Shown here: positions 1 through 12,100 of the stretch, one piece after another
Position numbering within the stretch: position 1 is the first letter of the stretch
Layout: every line of letters begins with the position of its first letter
Assembly (NCBI GenBank): GCA_002633005.1
Contig: NMRA01000108.1
Location: 761,855 to 825,854 of the forward strand
Direction of reading: 5' to 3'
DNA from: Phoronis australis
Taxonomy: Eukaryota > Animalia > Phoronida
Length of the DNA stretch: 64,000 bases
The notes under the pieces: model-generated
Told to the model about the DNA's origin: nothing
Database searches by the model: none
The model's input: only the letters and a program-made list of their open reading frames with translations
Translations under genes and position numbers: made by a program

Positions 1-540
1 GTCTATTGTCTTTTGGCTAAAAATCAGTCTAGGGATGGCTTGGCCTGTTTCATGAAAACAGGCTAAGGCTAAAATTCAGAAAATCTACCTACAACTGGAA
101 GCCAAACAGACGCCCGGCATAGCCTGCTCGGGAGCAGACTGAAATCCAAAAGACAAAAAAGTCAAGTTTTGACTTTAGGCTCATATAGAAACAGCTTGGC
201 CCTTGTAGTATCAGTGACTTTTTACTGCCAGTTTATTAGACTAAGTTCAGTTTGATTGTTGTTCAAATGGAGAGTAAATGAATCAAGTATAACAAATAGT
301 CGGTGGGCCAGAATTTGTAGGGCCTCTAGAAAATGTTTTTTGTGAGTACTTTAGGGAATGTACATCTATCAAAGGTCAGTCAAATCAAAATTGGTTTGAG
401 AGACAAATTTTCCTTGAGGATTCATGTAACAGGGGCAGGACATCCGCAAACGCAACGCGTTGAGCGTGATGACAAAGGATTTTAACTGAATAATCTGACT
501 GAAGGCCGTTTTGTTCAGTTTTTGCCTCTATTTTCCAAAG

Positions 541-722
541 GCTGCTTAACTCTGGACCTCAACCGATTCCCACGTGGCGCCAAGACAGCCAAGCAATGCC
601 TACTGGATATGCTGAAAACGGACGGTAGTGTGCCTCAGATGAATCTCTTTAAACAGAAGCGGGTCAAAGGATGGTGGCCATTTACTGCAAAAAGTGAAAA
701 TTCGGATGAACTTGAAATCACG
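541..722 (+). CDS. OTOF: Otoferlin internal exon (end of last C2 domain); gene starts upstream of the window
   Basis: ttttccaaag acceptor and ACG|gtgaga donor; encodes [19 protein letters not shown]...[12 protein letters not shown]...ELEIT, recognisably otoferlin C-terminal sequence. Confidence 0.93.
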
Positions 723-1684
723 GTGAGAGAAACCTACAGCAGTTGTTTGTCTTAGGCACTCAGTTTCCCAAAATTATTAACTTATTAGACAGATGACTTT
801 GAACAACGGTAGAAATATCGCCAAGCTTTTCTTATTTGAGAAGGATATAAATTATGTGAAGTCATGGAAATTTTACCTGATTGTACTTGTGCCATGCAAT
901 TTCAAATAAATTACTAAAAGTAATCATTATGTAAGTTCCCCTATAATCCAATGACGCATTTATTTCTAGAAAGAAGTAATAAACTTGTATTTTGTTCAAT
1001 TGCCAAAGTTGAAATGTGTTCAGTTGTTTGGTTTGGATATTCATGGCCTGTACATTTGGACTTTTTTCATGTAACAGTGCTTTATTTTATTAGTTTTTAA
1101 TTACTGTACATATTTCTATTTTTTCAGCTACAAATAATCAAGTTTTACTTCATGTCATGACACTGTACTGTACAAATTATGGTATATGGAAGTAGTGTTT
1201 TTACGTTTTTGTTGAAAATATGATTTAGGTTTTCTTTAGAGCACGTGGGAACTTGGTGAAGCAGTAGAAAGATCTCTTGTTGTTTACAGAGATGGCAATG
1301 GTTTCTTAATCCAGATATCAAGTCTATTGTTCAGTGTTAGTTCAGTTTTACACCAGACCAATTATCTCCATCAATCACTAACTTAAGGTAAATGAGATCA
1401 CCAAAATGAATCCAATGACATGTGGCTATTTTTTATCATATTCTAGGAAAAGTTATCTTTTTAACATAATTTTTCATGAAGAATTCAATTTTGAAGCCAT
1501 AGCAGTGACAAGAAAATCACTGATTTCAGTGCTACAATATTGCAATTTATTTCAGCCAGCATTTTATTGCTGTGAAATCATAGCTAATGCAATAGTTGCC
1601 CTGCTCCATACAAAGGGAACTTGGATTAGTGCTCATGAGGACAGTTTGATGATGTCAGCGGTTCTTGTAGAAATCTATTGATGA

Positions 1685-1870
<186 letters not shown>

Positions 1871-3341
1871 TGAGTTCACTCATTATTAGAGCAGCTATTA
1901 ACTGGCATTCCGTCAAAGAAGCGAACTTCTGATTTAGACAATACGCTGCTGCAAAATGATCTCATTTTGTTCATAACTCAGATGTGAAGTGATTTGTGGG
2001 CTTAAAGGAAACAGCACTTGGTTATTGCTCGAGACCATTCTTGGTGAATAAAGTGACCCACATTTAATCTTCTCATGCAACACAAGGTGGCAGTTCTCTG
2101 TAAGCCCAGAAGTCGCTTCGGATTTGACAAAGGAACAACTTGTAACCAATTTCGTAACAGTTATCTTTAGTGGTCTAAAACAAAAGGTAGCGTTTGCCTT
2201 GGAAGTTGGGTTTATGGCCGTTTTAAGTTTTATAAGTTGCAAATTGATGTATACTTTGCTCGGTTTTTATTTATAAGGCACCTGTGGGTAATGGAAATAG
2301 GGGGTACTAGTTGTCACTTAAGTTCAGATCACAGTCGAGATTATCCCTAAGATATACGTCACAGACACCAGCGACAACCTGATCAAAGCCAGACTTGTTT
2401 GTATGTGTTGCTTGCAAATAGCGCATCTCTTGGAGGATGTCTTGGTTATGTCAAACCCATAGTGCATGCTTCTATAGCTGAACCTTGTCAAATCTTTTGT
2501 GAATGAATTGGCAAGAAATTAACTAGAGCAACTTGAAGTTGAGGGAATCAAACGGATTATGTCATGACGCAGAAACTGCCATATTGGTATCACGAATATG
2601 ATGAAATGTCACCAATTTCCGACAAAATAATTGCCGAAAATGACCCTTTTTCATTTTCAAGGGCTTCTAGCTCTGTTGCAAATGACCATAATTTTTCAAA
2701 TTTTTGTCTGATGTTAGCTGTGGCACAGAACTTGGACATGGATAATCTTTCAATTAGGTGTTACATGTAGTCCATGGAGAAGTGATAAAATAAAGTTTCA
2801 ATTGTTGGCTATCTTGCGTCCTAATTTGGTGAGATTTTACCACATTCAAGTGACTGGAGCAACACCTCAGCTAAGAATTCATGACCTTGCTTCAATGCTA
2901 TGGTAAAACATACCCGACTTTGGACACTGAACATTTTATGATTTTCCTAGGTATCGGTAATAAAACGACTTTTCACTAATTTTGAGATGAATGAGAATTT
3001 TTTGCTTTCTATATTACACGTAAACTAGCAGTGTTTGATAAATTTTTCTGGATAGCTACATTAAAGAAAACTCCTCAAAGGTGAAAATGTTGTCTTTTTG
3101 AGACAGCATTTAGTGTCCCAAGTTCAAAATACTGTCCTAAATGAAGGCTTTACAGCAATTCATTTCATGACAACATTTAGAAATTTTATTTCAAGTTATA
3201 GATTTTATAATTACTGCTTTGGTTGGCAAATAGGCCACTGTCACACATGACACGACTTCAAACAACGCACACTCTGCTTGTGAATGTTGGAATCATCGAT
3301 TTTAGAATACTGTATAATTGCTTGATGTTATTTTGTTTCAG

Positions 3342-3522
3342 TCGTCCAGACACGTCGTTCATATGGTTTCTCAGTCCGCTGAAATCACTCAAATACATGC
3401 TGTGCAACCGATTTAAGTGGATCGTTTTGAAACTTCTGTTATTTGCACTAGCTTGTGTTCTCATCGGACTTTTCTTTTACTCTATGCCGGGGTACACAGT
3501 AAAGAGGATGTTTGGAGCATGA
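3342..3522 (+). CDS. OTOF: Otoferlin terminal exon A (transmembrane anchor)
   Basis: ttttgtttcag|T CGT CCA; RPDTSFIWFLSPLKSLKYMLCNRFKWIVLKLLLFALACVLIGLFFYSMPGYTVKRMFGA*. Confidence 0.92.
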
Positions 3523-4374
3523 CCGTTGCAGCTTTTATGTTTATGACGTTAGCCTACGTGACGTTTGTGCGCCATTGTCTGCTTTAGCTCATAACTGAAA
3601 CGCACATTGGCGCTTATGGCCCACATTTATGACATGCTAGGCTGGTTGAAGGGAATGGTTGTTCGTAATTTACTTGATGAAGGTTTTTATTTAAATAATT
3701 TATCGCGATGTATACATGTATATAACCCTTGATACAATGATTCGTTTTCAGGGCTAATTCTCTGTACTACTGTTGTATTTTGTAAACATTCTAAGTCCTG
3801 TCAGCACGCCATCTGTTGGCCACATCATGTGATCTACGGAAAATAAGTCTGTTGTATTACTTGCAATGAAAAATATAAAAGTTTAAATTGAGGAACGCAA
3901 ATTTAAGATACAGCTTTCTCCTCAGCATGCCAACAACAGTAATACAGCTGTCAGCTTAGAATGTTTATGCGCGATTGAAGCTTTGCAAAGTAAAATGGCA
4001 CTTAACCGTGTTACTGTAAAAGCACAATCAAGAATTTCACCCCTTGAGGGTCTTGATACACTCAAGTTGTTAGAAAGCGAGCTATTATTTTCATGGAGGA
4101 AAATGAATTTGTGTATACATTTTACTGCACCTGAATTTTACTTTACTTGAATGGAATTTATGTAATTTAGAGTGTTCTCGGGTTACAATAATTTATTTTT
4201 ATTTAATCAGTGCTATACTGACTTAGATGTGATTAATGAATATCATTTATATTTATTTATTACCTTATATGAAAAACTTGTTTTGATTGAAAATGAATTA
4301 TTTTTCTGTCAGAAGCAGACAACCAAATGAATAGTTGCCTTGTGTTCAATGACCTGACTGTTATTTCTTTACAG

Positions 4375-4555
4375 TCGCCCAGACACGTCGTTCACATGGT
4401 TTTTAAATCCATTAAAATCGCTCAAGTACTTGCTCTGCCACAGATTCAAAGGGATTTTATTTAAACTGTTAGCAGCGGCACTCCTATTGGTCACAATTGG
4501 CCTGTTTTTGTATTCCATGCCGGGCTACATGATAAAGAAGGTCATTGGCGCTTAG
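4375..4555 (+). CDS. OTOF: Otoferlin alternative terminal exon B (transmembrane anchor)
   Basis: ttctttacag|T CGC CCA; [59 protein letters not shown]; same length and phase as exon A; missed by the ORF track. Confidence 0.88.
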
Positions 4556-6047
4556 ATGGAACTGGGATCCTTATTGGCAACAGTGTCATCAAGTCGTCGG
4601 GTGTAACTAAAATTATAATTGAACATTATTATTGGCACGATGCTAAAATTCAGTAGTAATTTCTGATAGTAAGCCCCAAGATGTGTGTTTGGAAACCTCA
4701 TATTTGTATGTTTCTGGTTCACTAAAAGTAAGCCCAGGTGTAATGTCGGAAATGGTGGGCAAAACAAGTGTAAAATGTGACATGAAATTGGCCCCAGTTG
4801 GTGATTGCCATGATGTATATTCTTGAAAACGATGTTTATATTAAAATTAGGCTCATGGAAAAACTGAAGTCTTTGTTTCAACTGACTGCGCTTGCTGACA
4901 CTGTCCATTTTAGGAAACCCTCAAAACCTTGATAAATTATAGTTAATTTAGTTGTGGCTCTCAAATGTAGGTCCATGACCCTGTATTCGGAAAATGTTCA
5001 GTCAGCATACATTTGGTATGGGCCTGTTGCAGAAATTCCTTGTAAGACAGCCTAATGCCTGCTGCACAATTCACAACACAACTCATCTCAATGGAGAAAC
5101 CAAGATATCTGACATGAGTGGTGTGAAGTGTGCAGCTGGCCTGATAAGTTGTGTTAGAATTACTCAAAAATGAAGTTGCAAATTATGCAGCTAGCATAAA
5201 AGCACTTCCCTACTGTGACTAATACCCAACTAATCACAGGCACAAAACACACCGTGTAGTTTAGTTGCATTACACTTGTGCATAATTTTTTCATAACTGT
5301 TTGTAGTGTTTACATTTCTCGTCCCACTCGGTGTAAAGAAATTCCAAGTGGAAACCTTTGGTTCTTAGTAAAGTTAAACTTAACAAGATGAGTCACAACT
5401 ACCAATTTGTCAAAATTGCCATTTTTGATTTAAATTTCCATAACTGACCTATCGCCAGGATTTTGAGTGACGGCTGAACTGACCAATCAGAATGTAGAAT
5501 TCTTGACACACCTTCGTTTCAAAGCCGCCATTTTACCCAACAAACAACACGTTGCCAGGTAAAACTTATTGTTCGTTGGCATTTCGCAAGGGGGTGGAGC
5601 TTGCGACGGGTCAATTACTGTCAGATGATAGCCGTCTGCTATGGTACAGAACTTGAGCATGAAAATCCAGCTATTTGTTGCTACATATCTTCCATGAAAA
5701 ATAAGAAAATATGATTTAACTTTTCAGGCATATTGATTCGTAAATTGATATTTTACCGTCAGTGGATCAACTACTGTTTACTGGTCAAAATGTACCATGT
5801 GTAGCTTGGAAACGTTAAAATTGAATGAACAGACAAAGGTCGTAATTTGTTTGGACAAGAATCCTGCACTTAATGAAAGTAGTAATTTGTTATGAAGTGT
5901 ACTTATAATCAGCAATGTCAGTGGCAACAGAATTTGATTTCATCCTCTGGATTCACAGATTAGGGTTTGCTCTATAATATGAACTTTCATTGATCGGGTC
6001 AACATTATGAAGATTTTATTTGTGTATTGGAATACTACATTTACTGC

Positions 6048-6053
6048 AATAAA
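6048..6053 (+). promoter_or_regulatory. Candidate polyadenylation signal downstream of otoferlin exon B
   Basis: AATAAA in AT-rich sequence about 1.5 kb after the exon B stop; no transcript evidence. Confidence 0.25.
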
Positions 6054-7261
6054 AATTGATTATATAAACGATTACGTACATCTAGTTAAATGGCCAGTTC
6101 CTTTGATTTTCTGTTTGTGCAGGTGGTGAACTAGCCCTTTATGAGGATTGAAATCCTTTTAACTAATTTCAAACTATGTTTTGGCGATTTCCACCAATCC
6201 TTGATGTGGCATCTCATTTGTCTGATGAAACCAGAATTCAACTAATCCGAGTCATGCATTTGATCTTATGGTTCTTAGGTGGCCTTTCCCTACAGTTGGC
6301 ATGTAACTTGCCTAAAGCATAGCTTACGCTTGCCTGTTTTGCAGTCTTAGTAAGTTTTCAAATTTTACTTTTAACTTTTGAGGGTTGTCTATAATTAAAA
6401 GAGCATGATTTGGTTTTAGATAATTGGATGGTTAAGTACTTTTTAATATCTTTTAGTAGGCCAAAACAATGTTTGATATCCTTTTAATGCAGTGGATGAG
6501 TGACTCGGAGGTCTACGCTTTGTATAATATATTCCAAGCCTATTGTGATATAAACCAGAATAAACCAGTACTCTCAGAACTTATGTTTATTTTACTGTTA
6601 CTTGCCACAGTACCTTCTCATCCTCTTAAATACAATGTTTTTATGAACTTGTTCAACAAACTTTCAAATCCTGGAATACATACACAACAGTCAAGTTCAA
6701 AACCTTAAGTACAATTAACTTCTGAACATGCTGTACAAGTAACGAACATTTTCAAATAATATCTCAATAGCACCTAAAATGATATTTTTGAAGGAAAATT
6801 GAGCAACACGTACACCAGTCTCAAGTAAAGGAAGCACCACAAAATACTATTGATAACAATTAAAGGCACACAGACAGGGAAAGATAAAGTGAAAAATATA
6901 AACTTCAAACAGTCTGTACAGAAATGCCAGCAAAGCAATCTATGAACTCCAATGACTTCATTATGCATAGACATCCCAAATAAGAAATACCCACTATCAA
7001 CCTTCCTCTGTCTTGAAAAGTATAATGTATGTGCCTTTAAACGGGCATGAATCCAGGGAGAATCGAGAGGTGGTTTCAAAGTCACCACTCCGCTGCTTTA
7101 ACATGGTTGAAATGGGCGAATCTCTAGCACCCCCTATGTTCGTTTCTTGACGGATCCCTCCTATGATAAAATCCTGTTAATGCGTGTTTGTTAAAAAAGG
7201 CACAACAAAATGTGTAATAAAGAACTGGTACAAGTTGATCTTTAATGAAAATGGAATGTTT

Positions 7262-7715
7262 GTACCACAACTACCACGACTACAACCTCTACCACAACCA
7301 CTACCATCACCATGACAACCACTACCATCACAACTACTACCACTTCAATTACCACCACCACCACCAGTACTACCATTGCAACCATTACCATCACCATTAC
7401 TGGCACAGGGCTTGGAATGGCCAAGGACAAGAAAGAGAAAAAAAATCTCCAGGTGATGTAGCGTTCCACAAAAATTAAAAGCTTGTGTGATAGAAATTTA
7501 TTTTTGCGTTATAAAATTTAACCAACATAAACAAAAAAAGAGAAAAAAGGAAACTGGAAACCAAAAAAGAGGAAATCCCTTAAAAGAGGAAAATTCCAAG
7601 CCCCAAATTTACAACCACTACCACCACAACTAATACCGCTACCACTGCAGCCATCACCATTACGCCCACCACCACTACTACAACTATCATATATAACCAC
7701 CACCACCACCACTAC
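7262..7715. repeat. Degenerate (ACC/ACT)n microsatellite interrupted by a MITE
   Basis: Runs of accaccact/actaccac on both sides of 7406-7605. Confidence 0.85.
7406..7605 (-). mobile_element. hAT-like MITE (CAGGGCTTGGAAT family, short A-rich subtype)
   Basis: cagggcttggaat...aattccaagcccc termini; reverse-orientation relative of 35322-35574. Confidence 0.7.
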
Positions 7716-8624
7716 ATACCTGGCTCTACCTCTATCAAAAAAGACCATACAAGACTAAAACACAATCTGGAGACGGTAAAACACGACATCTGAGCAACAG
7801 AAAAAAACCTCACCCGATACAACTTCACTCGATATTACTATAAAAAACAGTTTTGGTTTATTCAACTATTAAACAACTTACACCTTTGACACTTCAATTA
7901 ACAAATATCATGGCTAACATCAAAGGTTGTATTAAAATTGCACTTTGTTCATGCCTATAAACCTGCCTTCTGCCAAAAAGTTAATGTTTGAGTTAGACTG
8001 CTTACAGTTGGGAAATTGGTCTCAACTTGTTCAATAAATGGTCACTCCTTGGCTTTCACAAAAGTTACAAAGTTTTTATTGCTTCAGACTGTGAGACTTA
8101 ACACTTGCCTTGTCACGATGGACCACTTAATGTGCCAACCATGGTTTAAACAATAACGAATTTCCAGTTCTATCCAAACACAATAACCACTTTCACTTAA
8201 GGAACAAGTTGGGAAACCACTTTTGTAGCAATAAGTTGTCTAAATCAAAAGTTAGTTTCTTTGACAGAACGTGGGTTTATAGTCACTTTAAACTAGGCTT
8301 AAATAAAAACAAACTATCTCTAAATTGAGGCTAAAAGTATCAACACTCCTTGCTACCTGCGTTAGTGTTGGCTTCAACTCACTTCCTAGCATAAGAACCA
8401 ATTAACCACTGTGTCAAATACTGGTTCCCAGTTTCTCAAAGTATAAACCAATTACGTGGCCAAGGAGTTGCGCTCTTTTTTGTTTTCACCGTCTCATCAC
8501 ATGAAAATCTAACCCGATTCGATATGAGTGCCAATGACCTCTCACTATGTGTTATGTTCCGGGGTCACGCTCAATAGCTGCTTACTAATCGAGCACTGCA
8601 AACCATAAACCAGCATTGTTTCCT

Positions 8625-8980
8625 TAGTCCAAATTGAGCACCAATGGAGCTCAACCACAAACTTATGTTCCACTTCTACCAAGTGTTCAGTCCCAACCAA
8701 ACACTTTAAGAGCCACTTTTTGATGTCTCAGTCTAATAACTCAGTACAAACTGAGCACCAATGGAGCTCAACCACAAAACTAACTTTGACCACTTGCTCA
8801 ATCCCCACCGAGCACTTCAAGAGCCACTTCTTGATGATTCAGTCTAATTACTCAGTCCAAACTAAACACCAATGAGACTCAACCACAAAACTATGTCCCA
8901 CTTTGACCACTTGCTCAGTCCAAAATGAGCACTTCAAGAGCCACCTCTTGATGTTTCAGTCTACTTGCTCAGACCACACT
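8625..8980. repeat. ~120-bp tandem repeat (about 3 units) overlapping the stop codon of the minus-strand gene
   Basis: Repeated gagcaccaatggagctcaaccacaaa...caagagccac..ttgatg..tcagtcta units. Confidence 0.8.
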
Positions 8981-9138
8981 CTGCTGTACAAGGCTGACAC
9001 ACCTGCTTGTGTTCAAGCCTCCAGTGTTCTCGCTGGCAGTCACGGCTACAGTATCTCATCAACTTACATCTCGCACACTGAAGAAACTTGAGACCATTGG
9101 CCCTGTCTTCTCTTTTGCTGCAGTTGGTACTGTTACAG
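8961..9138 (-). CDS. Terminal exon, zf-MYND domain
   Basis: tatatttcag acceptor; CNSTNC...FLQCARCKLMRYCSRDCQREHWRLEHKQVC...*, the canonical MYND pattern. Confidence 0.88.
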
Positions 9139-12100
9139 CTGAAATATAAATACTTTATTAATACTTGGCAAGAACACAAATGTTTGAAGCGGGTCATTTA
9201 CTGTATGCTGTAAATTAGACCCTGATTTTCTGAAATAACAGAAAACAGACAGCATACACAGAATTTGACTTCTTTCACAGAATTAGAGGATTCAAACAGA
9301 ATTCACATTTCACTCCAAGATGGCACAGTTATAAAATTGATTTTTAATTACCGAAAATTACTGTGTTATCTATCTAACTTGAAACTTTACAAAACAGGAA
9401 AGCGTTTGTCAGAATCGTCCAAAGTCGTGGACAGCCACTGTCACACCTATAGGAAAACAATGAACTTTAAAGATACAGAGGCAAACTCAAAAAAACTAAA
9501 ACTGCCACTAGGGGACACACTTATAGTCGGAATGTTCTCAAACTCGTTGTCATCCGTTATCATCTCCATTGGAACATATCTGCCACATCTCACAAAGTTC
9601 CTCCAAAGAGTTAAGGAGATACAGCTGTGGATTCAAAAAGCAAAAAATGCCACCAGGGGTCGCCACAGAAGTCAAAGACATCCGAAAATCAGTGTCAGCT
9701 GTGGTCTTCTCACCAGGAAAACATCAGCCAATTTTCATACAGATCCTTTGAAAGCTTGGGTGGACATAGGCGAATGGCAAAAACGTAATCAAAAAAATTG
9801 TCACGTAGTGGCGGAGAATACATTAAACACGTTTGAAAACATGAAGGTGTCATCATCTCTTTATGCTTAATTTCATCAAAGGAACTCAGATGAGGCAAAC
9901 AAAAAACTAAAGCTGCCAGTAGGGGACACACCTGCATCCGGATTGGTCTGAAACTTGTCATCATTCGTTATTATCTCCATAGGAACATATCTGCCTAACT
10001 TCACAAAGATCGTCCAAAGAGGTAAAGCCGTGGACGCAAAGAAAAATTGCCACTAGGGGTCATCACAGCAGTCGAACCTGTCTGAAAATCACAGTCAGCC
10101 ATGGTCTTCTCATCAGGAACACATATGCCAATTTTCATGATTCTTTAAGCAGTTTGGCAGATGGGAAGGCGGGCGTCAAAAAACATACTCAAATTTAAAA
10201 TTACCACCAGGAGGCACAGAATACCTCAAATCCGTCCGAAAACAGTAAGGAGTTATCATCTCTTAAACAGAAACCTATTCGCTAAATGTCCCACAATTCA
10301 TCAATGTCTGCAAAGATACAGAGGCAAACGTAGAATTGCCACTAGGGGGCACAGCGGTAGTCGAATTGGTACGAAACTCGTGGTCGTCAGTCGTCAGCTT
10401 CATAGAAACACATCTGTCAAATCTCATAAAGATCCTGCAAGGGGTTTGGAGATACAGCCGCGTACACCACACACCCACTCAGACAGATATGACGGCACCC
10501 ACACATAAATATGTGGGCGCATATAAATAAAGGGCCTTCATTTAAGATGGTTACTTCAGTCGGCATACTGGAACTAGTGAGAAATGCAAAAGTATCAATA
10601 ACTTTGATGTAAAAAAATATGAATATCAATAATAATACCTACAAGAAGTTGATCCTGGATCTATCTCCAATACTACAACAATGGACATCATTAAAGTCAA
10701 TAGGTAAGCCGAGGGCTATGTTCTTGTCTGGGCTAAGAGTGCTGTAACCAAACAGAGTGTAAACTAGGCCCAGCCACTCCACCAGTATTCCCCCTGCTCT
10801 CTCCCGGGGCACATGGCCACTTGACTCCACCAGGTACCTGGAAGTTGAAAGGAGAAAGACTATGACACGACATCTGTAGACAGGCAAAAATCTACACTGT
10901 CTTGAAAATACTAGCGACTGCATAACTCCACTCGTATTCCCAGATTTAACCTCATAAAAGGTGAAGACCAAAAAAAAACTCACTTCACTGCAACAGTCAG
11001 CTCTTCATTTAAGCACAGCAAATACAAAGTAAACCAACGCTTAACAGGACAATTTATTTAGCATAAAAACAGTAACTGTTACAGTACAGTAAAACTCACG
11101 CCAGTCAGATCTATGGCGAAACCTGACTTATCAGAAAGACCAACCGCACGAACTAGAAAAACCGTACCATCAAACTTTGTCCAAATCAAGCAGATTCTAC
11201 TTAAAACAAGTTTATTGTGCGACATAGCAACTATGTGAACACTGGCAGGTCAAATACGCCGTATGACACCGCCCAACACTGCCACCTAGGTTCAAGTCAG
11301 CCCATACACGTCATGTACACGTGGGACAATGAAGAAAACAATGACTCACCATTTATTGCTCTTCAGAACGACAAGATCATTGAAGTACAGATAGCATATA
11401 CAGCACAGGGACTCTGTAGTGTGGCAGACGTGGAAACACCTCTGAAATAAAAGGATTTGCAGAAATTGTCAAGCATACATCAAGTGCTAGACTCCAACAA
11501 AATACTCTGAGAGGAAACTACAATTCCAAAGAAGTGTGTCAAAAACTAATAGGGAAGATAACGTCTATTTAGTATTGTAAAATTGAAATGTTTATCTGTT
11601 TTGCAAAACATAATATCAATTAACACAGAGATGTGATTCTAAGAGATGCCAAGAATAGAGAATGCCAAATTTGCTCACATATACGCACAGAATAGTTGTC
11701 TTAAAGGCGAAGGCAACCTTTTTCCATGTCATTTTGAGCTAAAATAAGGTTGGTTGGTTATCCTAGACATATTTTCCACTTAATTACAGCTTTTCGTAAT
11801 TTTATTAATTACTCATCCGCTACTGCGGAAGTGACAGGAGGCAAGCATTTCGCGCCAATTTCTTTTCATATAGTATGACTGTGAGAGCTGCCGAGTCAGC
11901 CATTGTTCTACCTCGGTTGTGTTAAGTTCCGTCGTCGTTTGCTTCCATTTATTAGTCAGTCAACATGCCACACTGTTGCTGCGTACCAGAATGTACTAAT
12001 TATCGGCTCACGCGCGCTTTGGGAGTACCTTTGCATCGCTTTCCGATGGATGACACACTTCGCCGTACTTGGCTCGTTCGTGTGAAGAACGCAGCGTTAC

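Noticed and set aside
7242-7748. His-rich and Val-rich ORFs
   Set aside because: Translations of an (ACC)n microsatellite plus a MITE; no splice or homology support
9265-10530. 201-aa and overlapping ORFs
   Set aside because: Fall in the non-coding HINE-like repeat; frames are not conserved between copies
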